From assembly GCF_021869535.1 (NCBI RefSeq), contig NW_026262679.1:27404001-27468000 (forward strand): a DNA stretch of 64,000 bases, in the 5' to 3' direction. Shown here one piece after another: positions 53,501-62,412 of this stretch. The notes below the pieces were generated by a model. It saw nothing but the letters and a program-made list of their open reading frames with translations, was not told the origin of the DNA and made no database searches. This DNA comes from Mytilus californianus. Taxonomy: Eukaryota. The position numbers were made by a program, and so were the translations under genes. Every line of letters begins with the position of its first letter. Position 1 is the first letter of the stretch.

Positions 53501-56500
53501 ATTTTAGAAAATAACTAAATATCAAGCAAATAGCCATTGCCCAGGAATCCAGTCAGAAATTGTTCTGTTATATTTCTATAAGCCTTTTCAGTGACAGCTT
53601 ACTTTCAGTTTTCTATAGTGAAAACAAAAAAACTAGTTGTGTTTTTTATTCTAACTCTTTATCTAGGAATATTATTATAAAAACTTTGAAATGCCTTGTC
53701 TGAGTGTTTCTGTGAAAGGAATCATACATTTTATCTTTTTGATTTTGTAGTTAAAAAGTGCAATTAGAACAGTAAACCCTAGAGAAGAGAAATATATGAA
53801 ACCAGAACCAAAGTTTAAAATAGCCGTAAGTTTTTTAGTTTAAAGAACATTTTATACCTTTTTAGCTCACCTTTCCAAAGGAAATGTGAGCTTTTGCCAT
53901 CACTTGGCGTCCGTCTTCGTCGTCTGTCCGGTGTACACTATTGAACCAATTCCTACCAAACTTAAGCTAAATGATCCTTAGGGTATTTAGAATAAAGTTT
54001 GTGTTTTATTTTCTGTTTCGTCAAAAAACATGGCACCATGGCTAAAAATAGAACATAAGGTAAAAGGCAGTTTTTGACTTGTATCTCAAAAACTAAAGCA
54101 TTTAGAGCAAATCAGATAAGAATTTAAGTATTCATTAGGTCAAGGTCTACCTGCCCTGAAATTATCAGCCAAATTGGGTATCTGATTTTTAGGTTATTGC
54201 CCCTGAATTGATGATTTTAAGGAAATTTTGCAGTTTTCAGTTATTATCTTGAATATTATTATAGATAAAGATAAACTGTAAACAGAAAAAATGTTCAGCA
54301 AAGAAAGATCTACAGATAAGTTTAATGACCAAAATTGTCAATTGACCCCTTAAGGAGTTATTGCCCTTTAAAGACAATTTTTCACAATGTGTTTATCTAG
54401 TTTGCTTACTTTAAAAATCTTCTCCTCTGAAACTGCTGAATCAATTTCAGCCAAACTTGGGCTGAATGAGTTTCAGAGTATCTTGTATAAATTTTGTATT
54501 TAATATCCTTGTACGTCAAGAAACATAGCCACTATGGCTAAAATGGAACATAGGGGTAAAATGCATTTTTTTGCTTTTGAAGAAAATATGACAGATACAA
54601 AGAACATTTAAATGGCATTTTTAAGCCACCCATAAATATATAATGAAAATTAAAAATAATTATTGATGAAAGATTTAAGCAAAAATTACAGGTGAGCGAT
54701 TCAGGCTCTTGAGAGCCTCTTGTTATAATTAAAAAATATTTGAAGTAAGTTGTAGATTTTGATTACAGTTTGCATAAATCAAAAGCATTTTTATATAGAA
54801 TTAATGAAATTTGAATGTCCATTGAACAACATTCAAATGGAAATTTCTCTGATTTAAATAACCAATGATTAATATGATTGAGAGATAACTAAAATTAGTA
54901 TGGTTAAGTGGCTTTTATGATATCTTTTTGGGTGTTTCATAAATTTGACACAAATTTATTCGACAGAAAATTGAATTTTTCAGACAATGAAGAGGAACAT
55001 AGCTAGAGTAACACAGATGGTATCATCATTTACAGAAGTTGGAAAATTTCTACAGAGTTGTTTCGAGTGGGAATCTAAACCCAGAACAATCACTGCCTTT
55101 ATTGTAAGTTAAACAGAGTTATATCCCTTGGTTTAGAAATTTAATGAGTAAGTTTTAAATTTCAGCTAACTCAAGACCCATCAAAAGCCTAGCTGATCAC
55201 CACTATCAGAGACTCAAATACCTATGCACTTGTCAAAATCTTTACAATTGTATAGGCCTTTCGTGTAGATAATGTAATCAAGTTGGTAAAATGGGGAAAG
55301 TTTTTTTCTCGGATAATGTCTTTAAATCTTAATCATTTATCTCCTCACATGTACTGTGAATAAATCACCTGAATGTTATAAATGATTTACTGTTTTATAG
55401 GTCTATCTTGTAGCGGTATGGTTTTTTGAGCCCTATATGCTACCAATAACATTATTACTGGTTTTCCTAAAGAATCTTGCCTTTTCTTCCATGCAAACTG
55501 CTTTTTCTACAGAACCAGCAGATGATGTAAGTATTTATGAATAAGAATAAAAATAAATTCCATTTCATTTCATTTACACAATTATCTGTCAGAGATGCTG
55601 TAAACACCATACCCACATAAAAGTTATCCTAGAATTGTGGACATTTCTGGTAAATGTTAATAAAACAGCTACCTAACAAAGGCAATTCAAATCATACATT
55701 TTGATGACACTAACCATGTTTCATAACAAACTAACAAAGGCAATTCAAATCATACATTTTGATGACACTAACCATGTTTCATACAAACAGACACTGACAT
55801 ATAAAAGGTTCCCCATTTCCTCAAGTCTTGACAATTTGTACCGGTAATTGATTTCATCAGAAACAATAAAAAGTCTTAAAGCAGCACAGAATTTTGTGCA
55901 TAAGCTCTCTAAAAACAAAGACACAATGAGGATCAATGGTTTCTAATTTTAAACACAGTTTAGTAAATAACCCTTGATTTGCAGACAGCCATATATTTGT
56001 TATCCGTAATCCAGTGGTTTTCAGCTATACAGGAATTGAGATTTAATCACACCTGGATTAAGAAATGAACAGGAACCAAGGGTTTGGTATTTTATTTCAA
56101 AGGATTTAAGAATAAGAACCCTCCTACCATTCCTTAGAAGTAGAACAACTTGACATAACCAAATGTTTGATTTAAATAATAAGTATCATATGCTTTATAA
56201 TGACTGTTAACATTTATCCTCATCTATTTGTTTGTAGTTATACGTAGATGAAGATGATGATGATGAGGACGATGAAACTAAATTGGAAAAGGTAGATAAC
56301 TCTAGGATTGATAGAAAACTGATGATTGATATTCTTAGTGTAGTTATATGTTGTTATGTTAATTATGTTAATGATTACTTTATCTTTAACTTTTGAAAAT
56401 TTTAAAGTCAGTGCATCAAGCAAAGGGTGTTTGGTTTATAAAGAATTAAAAAAAAAGAGATTTAGTACTCAAAACACAAACACAGGGAAAAAAGGTTTAA

Positions 56501-59500
56501 ATTGTGTATTTCCTTAAAACTTAATTAATTAGGTCCTGGCTTGGATTTCATGAATCAGATTTTAATTTGAGCAGACAATTTGAAGTATATTTTAGTTACT
56601 TTTTATTAGGACTAAGACTTTATAGATATAAGAAGATGTGGTATGAGTGCCAATGAGACAACTCTCTATCCAAGTCAAAATTTGTAAAAGTAAACCATTA
56701 TAGGTTGTTTCAGATTTTTTAAACTCAATGTACATATGTATCTTCACTTATGAATTACCTATAACAAGTGACTGTAGTTTTATATGCCTCATAACTATGA
56801 AAAATATATTGTTCTACTAAGAATGCTAGCTGTTTGAAGCATGTTAAATATGTAATCTCTTTGAGATGATTGAATTAACCCAAAGTTTTGATCACCAAAA
56901 ACATCTTGTCACCATTACTGTTGTATAAATGTCGTAGGTGTATTGTATATTGGTTGTCACCATTACTGTTGTATAAATGTCGTAGGTCTATTGTATATTG
57001 GTTGGGGAACTTATAAAGAATGAAGGTGCATGACAAATTATTAACAAAAAAACTTGTATGTTGGATCCTTTTCATGTTAGATGTGATACTATAAACCAGG
57101 GGTATTTTTTTCTGTTTTGAATGACATAAGTGGCTTTTGTTATCAATGTGTACGTCATGCACTGAAAAGGTGCTGATTTGTTTTTAAAAAAAAAAATTCT
57201 CCAAGTAATCCCAAGATTTCTGTTTGCAAAAGTTATATGAGGACAAAAAGTCCTCAATAACACAAAGGAAAACTATAAAAATAGTCAATATACTAGTGAA
57301 TCTAAAACTATAAAAATAGTCAATATACTAGTGAATCTAAAACTATAAAAATAGTCAATATACTAGTGAATCTAAAACTATAAAAATAGTCAATATACTA
57401 GTGAATCTAAAGCTTTCAATTTACTGGGTAAGTTTTCTGTCTTTCGCTTTTCTGGACTTTGCCTAAAACATTATCAAAGAGCACTTGAATTCCCACTGAT
57501 AGTATAATGCCATGCATTCTTAAGACAGCTTTAGCAAAAACAATTTTCTGTTTCTATGAGCTATTAAATGACAATTTTTTTATATTTAGTAAATCTTCAT
57601 GAAAGTTTTGACTTTATTGTTACATTTTCTTGGAAACAAGATGTTAGAATGAAGGACACTCTTAGGTTAACAATATATAGGTTTTAAAGGATTAACATTT
57701 TCTTGTTTTTTTTTATTTGCAGAAAAAGGTAAATTAATTTCTTCAGGTAGTTTACACCTGTCTGCACCTCAACTTTCTAACAACGATTTGATTACATGGT
57801 TATAATTTCCCAGACAAAACAGTTTATTCAGGGACATTTTACTTCTTACATGATGAAAGTTCTTTAAAAACAAATAACTATAGTTTTTGGATGTTGATGG
57901 AGAGCTTTTACTTAAAAATGATTGCCACATTTAAAATTTGCCAATTTTAGTATTTTGGGAATTTTATTATCATAAATGATGTGTACTTTTGAAAGGATGT
58001 ACAATTCATAAATTATATATAGACACTAAACAGCATTTCCAAATTTTATTTTCCATAGATATGTCCTGAATAACTGTTTAAAGAACTGTTTCCTGTATTT
58101 GCGTCTGGTTTATTGACATTTTAACCATTTGAGCTGGGGTTTGCTTAATAATTCTGCTTTATAGTAATATCTCACTTTTCACCCAATCTTTTCCTAAAAC
58201 TATTTATAGTAAAATCACTCTCTTTCTCTGCTGAATGGTGTTTCTCACTCATTACTATATCATAAATCATAAAACATAAAAATGACAAAAGTGAAATGTT
58301 GAAGGCAGGCTCTAAAGGGGTTCAAGTGTAAGTTATTGGACTGAAAAAGGTGGTTCAGTGATGTATGAAATATGTGTACATGAAAACAATTTCCCAGAAA
58401 ATTCCAGTATCACAAGAGGAAATATTTGACGACATTGATAAAAAGTGATTATTCTAATGATCTAACTGAGGTCAAATGAGAATGTAGGATTTTCAGAAAG
58501 GGGGTTCAGATCTCTAGGAAAACAAGGTACTGTGGATTCAGTGTAATTCGTAGGATACCAATTTCCATGGATTTCGTTGGTAGAGGTGAACAACAATTTT
58601 AAATGTTCAACGAAATAAATATTTTCTATAGGCTTGAATGCAGAATTTCACACAACCACGAAATCAAGTATCCACGAAAAAATATATATTTTTTTATCAA
58701 TCAACAAAAATTGGTACCCACGAAAATTATAAATTTTAGAAATCATTTTGTCTCTTTTAAAGGTGATGGAATGGGGATTTTGGTCCTAAATTTTTAAGTC
58801 ATCTGATTAATTTGTTCTTTAGAAAACATTTTTCATTTGTTCAATTATGTTCTGTTAATGATTTATGACTCCCGATTTATTCTTCTCCTGGGGTACTTTC
58901 TATGCTATGAGCCTTTGCACAATTTGAAGTGCAATAACTATTTATAACTTATATACTGTAACATCTATGTATAACCTTTTCTGATGGCCTTATCATATTT
59001 AACACATATATAATATAGAGTTTGTTGAAATGTCATAATTCACACTTCTATTATATAAAGATAATACATGTAACAAGTCTTTTTCTATATCATCCCTTGT
59101 ATCCTCCTGAGACTCCATATAAGACTAAGGGGCCAGCTGAGGGATCATATGGGTAGAGGGATGATACCAGGGCTGATATGGAAAAGGGCATGTTGTAATC
59201 TATTTATCACATATTTAACAAATGCTTAAAAAAGTGGAAGAATCTTCCTCATCTGTTATTGTTGTAGGAAGGCTTATGATGTAATTCAGAGTAGGGCAAC
59301 AAAACTTTTTATTTGCCCTGGGCAGAAATATTCTGTTTTTTCATCCTTGTCAAAAATAATACTTGAGCAGTTCTGACGTTATTGCATATGCAAAACCCAA
59401 TGTTTTTGCTACAAATATGTGATGAATACTAAATATCTGATGATTAAAAAGGAAAGGAAGTGCATGTTTTTTACAGTTCAATTTGTAGGCATGTTTTCTT

Positions 59501-62412
59501 TGCAAATAATGTGTGTGCTGCATTAATTCAAATACTCTAGTAATCAATAAACTGTCTATAGTATCGGCTTCAAGTTTTCTTCATTTAAAGCGATGTACAA
59601 GTTTTATTAATATTCAATGGTCAATAACAATTACTTATTTGATATTTTGTACATTAGGATGAGAAGAAGAGTGTCCATGAGATATACAAAGCTGCCCAGG
59701 AAGTATGTCTACAAGTACAACAAGGAATGGACATGGTGGCATCACTCGGGGAAAGATTTAAAAAGTAAGGAGATAAATCAGTTATATTGTATGGAGGGAG
59801 AAGTCAGAGAGTCTGTTAAGCATTTTACATAGGATGGTAAAATCATTATAAGTTCAAGCCCCCATTAATTATTCTATTCTAATAGGATAAAGACGGCAAT
59901 TCTTTTGGATTGGAGCACTATAGGTTTAAGGCAAATATTTGCTGTTTCTGTGATTAAACACATTATTAAGATTGATGTAAAAGACAAAAAAATCTGAATT
60001 GGTGACATGCTTAAACAATTTACAATAACATACTTAGACAGGTTTGGACGAAGTTAAATGATTATCTTACTTTCATTTAAAAAATTAGCTTTCAACAAAT
60101 TCTTATCATCGTTTGTTTAAGTTTCCGTGTTTTGATGACTTTCAGTTTCACATTCATGCATTTTCCCTTAGAATTCTTACGTCATCGTTCAATGAAGTCC
60201 TTTTCACCTATTGACTCTGGGTAACTTATTTATAAAAATCATACAACATGGAAGTACAATTGGGAACCAAACAAATCATGACGTTGCAGATCAGCTGACA
60301 TACAATATATTCATATTTTACCATTGGTGTGTATTCAAAGCATTTGAAGAGCGTCAGATTAGAATTGATAAGGCTTTCTTATGTTGTAGAATATTGATTT
60401 TATACAAATGTACATACATTGAAAAGTTTGTATTTGAAGTGTACTACAACTAATGTAATGAATGATAATGAAGAAAAAACTAAACACAGATCCTGTTACC
60501 TTTTACCTGTTGTTTCTGTTTCTATCAGGTGCACCACCAATCGTGTAGCACGGGTAATAACTATATACTGATCAAAATCACATCTGATCTCAGTCCATCA
60601 CTTGTACTTTTAGAATAATCCATAACTTGTACTTTTAGAATAAACAATGCTAAAGTAAATAAATTTTTTTTTTAAGATTTATGTATATGACACCGCTCCA
60701 AACTTTGAGTATAAAGGTGATTACAGAGTCCTTGAAAGTTCTCCAAACAAATTAAGATTATTTGGTATGTTTTCAGTACATTTAATTGGACAGTTCCATG
60801 GCTGTCAACATTTGCTGTTATTCTGCTCAGTATTGGTGCTGTGATATTATATTTCATACCAGTCCGAGTACTAGTTATGGCCTGGGGTAAGTTATTATAT
60901 TTCATACCAGTCCGAGTACTAGTTATGGCCTGGGGTAAGTTTTGCATCAGTCAGTTATTTTATTATTACCCTAAGGAAGTTTAATATCAGTAAATATCTA
61001 AAGATGGCCTGGGGTAGCTTTGATACAAGACCTTTGGTGAGTTTCATATTGGTACAATATTTTAATTATAACTTAGATTAAGTTTCATGCCAGTCCAATT
61101 TTTAGGTTGCCTCAATTGAGTTGAGCAAATTATTGGAGTACTCAATGTTATTCATGTCTATTTCTGGACATCTGCAGTCAGTTCTAAGAAACTATGAGAT
61201 ATACAGCCATATAGTGACATGATCAGATGCATTTTTGAGAGACAGACTATGCTATAAGATTAAAGTTACATGACCCATATTTCATGGATCATTAGCTTGG
61301 TTTAAGTTTAAAAAATTTCATTTATACTGATATAATCATATTATGTTTTTTGTCATAACTTGTCAGTAACTGTTTGCTATTGATCTTTACAAGTTTTCAT
61401 AAAGGCTGAATGTTATTTGACACATGATTTCGTGTTATGCTTATTTACTTTACAGTTGTATTGAAAGTGTATGAAGATATGAGAAAAGTTCCTGAATAAT
61501 TTTGTAATCATGGTTTATGATCTCATTTCAGGAATCAACAAATTTACCAAGAAGTTACGAGCGCCTAATGCAATACCAAATAATGAATTGTTGGACTTTT
61601 TATCTCGTGTTCCTTCAGACAGTGAATTGGTTAGTAAAAAAGCTGTAAAATTCTTCATTGTTGAAAAATCTGTAACATGACATCTGTAAAATTACATAGT
61701 GGTTATTATTATTGAAACCAGCCCTGCTTCATGTTTTAAACAACTTAGAGTATCTGAAAATAATATGATAATACATGGCCTTAGTAAGATAAACTATTAC
61801 TGATGACATTGAAATTTATTGTGATTTTATTGTTATTTCACTAACTACTTTTATGAAATTAGGTACAAATGCATAACAATTTAGCTACTATAACCTTTAA
61901 ATTTATGTTTGAACGTCTCCAGTTATGTATAACGATACATTAGTGTGGATATTACAGACATTCTCAATAGTATAACCATGATATTTTGCTACTATATTTC
62001 ATTAGATTGTAAAACAGTTCTTCAACATGTGGGACATCATTACATACTTTATATACTACGCCAACTCTTTATGAAAATTAATGTTTAATTTTAGAGCTAG
62101 ATATTTATGCAGTGCTTCTGTTTCTTACATGCCTGTCTTGTTATTTTGATTCATTAAAGTGCAGGATTGAATATGAATTTCTTATCAGTGAAAAATAAAG
62201 ATTAAGACTAATAATAATAACGGATATAAAATGAAAGAGTGCTTCATGTTTTAAAAAGTTATAATTTAGAAAATAAAAGAAAACATCTATATCAAACTTT
62301 ACACATATTTTCAAGGGTAAGCTACATTTTTTATCATATTTTTTTTTATTTTCAGGTGCAATATAAAGAGCTAAGACCAGATATTCCTAACTTGAAGAAG
62401 AAGAGAGCTTGA
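20086..62412 (+). CDS. MCTP: MCTP gene model, 837 aa isoform: join(20086-20502,22226-22331,24090-24312,31782-31893,37963-38151,43126-43256,48575-48761,49327-49381,50239-50380,50677-50779,51599-51700,53751-53825,54984-55103,55401-55526,56238-56291,59658-59764,60777-60886,61532-61629,62356-62412)
   Basis: Manual splicing gives 2514 nt open to TGA, with all GT-AG introns in matching phase. It encodes three C2 domains (xSDPY/F and VYDxD motifs), WES..R, GERFKNTFNWTVP and [14 protein letters not shown], which are characteristic of the MCTP1/2 family. Confidence 0.95.
21531..22158 (-). mobile_element. Interspersed repeat, probably the 3' part of a SINE or non-LTR element
   Basis: GC-richer block; its 21531-21670 part matches 33348-33461 in inverse orientation (GGGGCCAGCTGAAG...GTCTCTTTGACA.ATTCCCC). 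Confidence 0.65.
22226..22331 (+). CDS. MCTP: Exon, start of C2A (EIGLRN...[20 protein letters not shown])
   Basis: TTTAG| acceptor, G|GTAAGT donor, C2 beta1 and loop1 motif. Confidence 0.93.
22359..23077. mobile_element. MITE (ACTGTGGATTCATT TIR) containing a second MITE
   Basis: Left ACTGTGGATTCATT, right AATGAATCCATAGT; related copy at 58528. Confidence 0.7.
22513..23013. mobile_element. MITE with perfect 16-bp TIR, nested
   Basis: GCACTCCACAGTTAGG ... CCTAACTGTGGAGTGC; homologous to 6097-6728. Confidence 0.85.
23520..23720 (+). mobile_element. Degenerate HINE fragment
   Basis: GGGGCATTAAGTG, GTCTGTACGTCTGT microsatellite, CAGATCAAGTTTGAATTTTG...AGAGTTATG core. Confidence 0.6.
24090..24312 (+). 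CDS. MCTP: Exon, C2A core ([10 protein letters not shown]...[14 protein letters not shown])
   Basis: TGCAG| acceptor, GA|GTAAGT donor, canonical C2 aspartates. Confidence 0.96.
25771..26090. mobile_element. MITE with 18-bp TIR (about 320 bp)
   Basis: ATGAGGGTCTGGATGGGG ... CCCCTTCCAGACCCTCAT; flanks fit either an ACT or a TA duplication. Confidence 0.82.
27208..27311. repeat. SINE-like family fragment
   Basis: GTTGAAGGCTG...GGAGAGTTGTCTCATTGG..ACCACAT. Confidence 0.65.
28925..29023. repeat. SINE-like family fragment
   Basis: AGAAGATGTGATATGATTGCCAATGAGAC...GGTCACCGTACAGCCTT. Confidence 0.75.
29966..30075. promoter_or_regulatory. MEF2/GATA/E-box motif cluster (candidate enhancer or TATA region)
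   Basis: CTATAAATAG x2 (29993, 30049), AGATAA x2 (29966, 29987), TTATC x2 (30016, 30071), CATCTG (30029). Confidence 0.4.
30515..31107. mobile_element. Putative non-autonomous element with terminal hairpins (Crypton-like?)
   Basis: 12-8-12 inverted repeat at the left end, 11-4-11 hairpin at the right end, and ATAATAGAAT directly repeated at both ends. Confidence 0.45.
31782..31893 (+). CDS. MCTP: Exon, end of C2A and linker ([30 protein letters not shown]...RKS)
   Basis: TTTCAG| acceptor, TCA|GTAAGT donor, phase 2 to 0. Confidence 0.92.
33348..33461 (+). repeat. Short copy of the 21531-21670 repeat
   Basis: GGGGCCAGCTGAAG...GGGTTGTTGTCTCTTTGACATATTCCCCGTTTCC. Confidence 0.75.
34686..34700 (+). 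CDS. MCTP: Candidate 15-nt microexon (KAQRW) in the C2A-C2B linker
   Basis: CTTTCCAG|AAGGCACAACGATGG|GTATGT; phase 0-0, no stop. Confidence 0.45.
36163..37766. mobile_element. Non-autonomous DNA transposon, 16-bp perfect TIR, apparent 6-bp TSD
   Basis: TGTCTT[CAGAGCTCCAGATAAG ... CTTATCTGGAGCTCTG]TGTCTT; ATTGGGTTTT subterminal repeats at both ends. Confidence 0.85.
37963..38151 (+). CDS. MCTP: Exon, linker and start of C2B (...[42 protein letters not shown])
   Basis: TTTTCAG| acceptor, AAG|GTAAGT donor; ORF track 37996. Confidence 0.96.
38701..40447 (+). mobile_element. HINE family D (about 159-bp repeats) split by a nested HINE family A copy
   Basis: 5' TAGTCCTCTAC (38705) pairs with 3' GTAGGGGACTA (40403), followed by a GTATTGCCATGCAATAC hairpin; units at 38791, 38952 and 39109. 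Confidence 0.85.
39222..40395 (+). mobile_element. HINE family A copy nested in family D
   Basis: TTTTTATACGACCGCA start, about 2 x 160-bp units, G-tracts, 3' GTCGTATCCAGCTGCGCTCAGCGAAGCATTTT. Confidence 0.88.
43126..43256 (+). CDS. MCTP: Exon, C2B ([16 protein letters not shown]...[15 protein letters not shown])
   Basis: TTTCAG| acceptor, AG|GTAATA donor, C2 motif. Confidence 0.95.
43345..43490 (+). mobile_element. Degenerate HINE family B-like 5' fragment
   Basis: TTAGCT..CCTG...GTGAG...CCATCA..TGTCTGTCGTCCATCG...CTGAAACTACT.GACCAATT. Confidence 0.5.
47690..48045 (+). mobile_element. Degenerate HINE-like fragment
   Basis: TTATGCTCCCC start, CATCCATCTGTCTGTCC microsatellite, TTGATTTTGGGGTCA...AAGGTCA core. 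Confidence 0.5.
48575..48761 (+). CDS. MCTP: Exon, end of C2B and linker (RAVIDLSG...LLTISG...VRKY)
   Basis: TGCAG| acceptor, TAT|GTAAGT donor; ORF track 48609. Confidence 0.94.
49327..49381 (+). CDS. MCTP: Exon, start of C2C ([18 protein letters not shown])
   Basis: TTTCAG| acceptor, G|GTTAGT donor. Confidence 0.92.
49582..49745. repeat. SINE-like family fragment
   Basis: GGTATGATTGCCAATGAG...CCTTCAACAATGA...GAGAAAAC. Confidence 0.7.
50239..50380 (+). CDS. MCTP: Exon, C2C ([48 protein letters not shown])
   Basis: TTTCAG| acceptor, TT|GTAAGT donor; ORF track 50184. Confidence 0.96.
50677..50779 (+). CDS. MCTP: Exon, C2C ([34 protein letters not shown])
   Basis: TTTCAG| acceptor, CGA|GTAAGT donor. 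Confidence 0.95.
50933..51240 (+). mobile_element. Short HINE family C copy (degenerate relatives near 35480-35660, 50450-50580 and 51255-51400)
   Basis: High identity to 13321-13652. Confidence 0.88.
51599..51700 (+). CDS. MCTP: Exon, end of C2C ([16 protein letters not shown]...YNP)
   Basis: TTACAG| acceptor, CCG|GTAAGA donor. Confidence 0.94.
51720..53075 (+). mobile_element. HINE family E, about 8 x 147-bp TGACCTTGACCT repeats
   Basis: TTTTTGTTGAGCCT start, units at about 51897, 52052, 52199, 52346, 52494, 52641, 52788 and 52942, 3' AGGCGAGAC...GTGTGCACTCTTGTTT. Confidence 0.85.
53751..53825 (+). CDS. MCTP: Exon ([25 protein letters not shown])
   Basis: TTGTAG| acceptor, GCC|GTAAGT donor; conserved A.IRT.NP.E.KY motif. 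Confidence 0.93.
53859..54724 (+). mobile_element. HINE with family B termini and a different internal sequence
   Basis: TTTTTAGCTCACCT...CCATCACTTGGCGTCCGTC and CAGGTGAGCGATTCAGGCTCTTGAGAGCCTCTTGTT. Confidence 0.87.
54984..55103 (+). CDS. MCTP: Exon (TMKRNIARV...[16 protein letters not shown])
   Basis: TTTCAG| acceptor, ATT|GTAAGT donor. Confidence 0.94.
55401..55526 (+). CDS. MCTP: Exon, first hydrophobic segment ([25 protein letters not shown]...)
   Basis: TTATAG| acceptor, GAT|GTAAGT donor. Confidence 0.94.
55673..55788. repeat. 58-bp tandem duplication
   Basis: CTAACAAAGGCAATTCAAATC...CCATGTTTCATA at 55673 and 55731. Confidence 0.9.
56238..56291 (+). CDS. MCTP: Exon, acidic loop ([18 protein letters not shown])
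   Basis: TTTGTAG| acceptor, weak AAG|GTAGAT donor; the acidic loop sits where MCTPs have one. Confidence 0.88.
56625..56705. repeat. SINE-like family fragment
   Basis: AAGAAGATGTGGTATGAGTGCCAATGAGACAACTCT. Confidence 0.75.
56906..57003. repeat. 48-bp tandem duplication
   Basis: TTGTCACCATTACTG...TATATTGG at 56906 and 56954; one mismatch. Confidence 0.9.
57271..57410. repeat. 35-bp minisatellite, 4 identical copies
   Basis: AACTATAAAAATAGTCAATATACTAGTGAATCTAA x4. Confidence 0.95.
57723..57728 (+). CDS. MCTP: Candidate 6-nt microexon (KK)
   Basis: ATTAAC branch-like site, long pyrimidine tract, TTTGCAG|AAAAAG|GTAAAT; phase 0-0. Confidence 0.5.
58528..58735. mobile_element. MITE related to the outer element at 22359-23077
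   Basis: TACTGTGGATTCA start, then AAATTGGTACCCACGAAAAT subterminal motif. Confidence 0.65.
59658..59764 (+). CDS. MCTP: Exon ([36 protein letters not shown])
   Basis: CATTAG| acceptor, AA|GTAAGG donor; conserved QEVC..VQ...D..AS.GER.KN. Confidence 0.94.
60777..60886 (+). CDS. MCTP: Exon, second hydrophobic segment ([37 protein letters not shown])
   Basis: TTTCAG| acceptor, G|GTAAGT donor; a duplicate donor lies at 60934|60935. Confidence 0.94.
60846..60941 (+). repeat. 48-bp tandem duplication covering an exon 3' end and its donor
   Basis: ATTATATTTCATACCAGTCCGAGTACTAGTTATGGCCTGGGGTAAGTT x2, identical. Confidence 0.97.
61532..61629 (+). CDS. MCTP: Exon ([33 protein letters not shown])
   Basis: TTTCAG| acceptor, TTG|GTTAGT donor; hallmark MCTP C-terminal motif. 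Confidence 0.96.
62356..62412 (+). CDS. MCTP: Last coding exon ([18 protein letters not shown])
   Basis: TTTCAG| acceptor, Q.Y.EL.P motif, TGA at 62410-62412. Confidence 0.92.
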   Translation: MQYKELRPDIPNLKKKRA

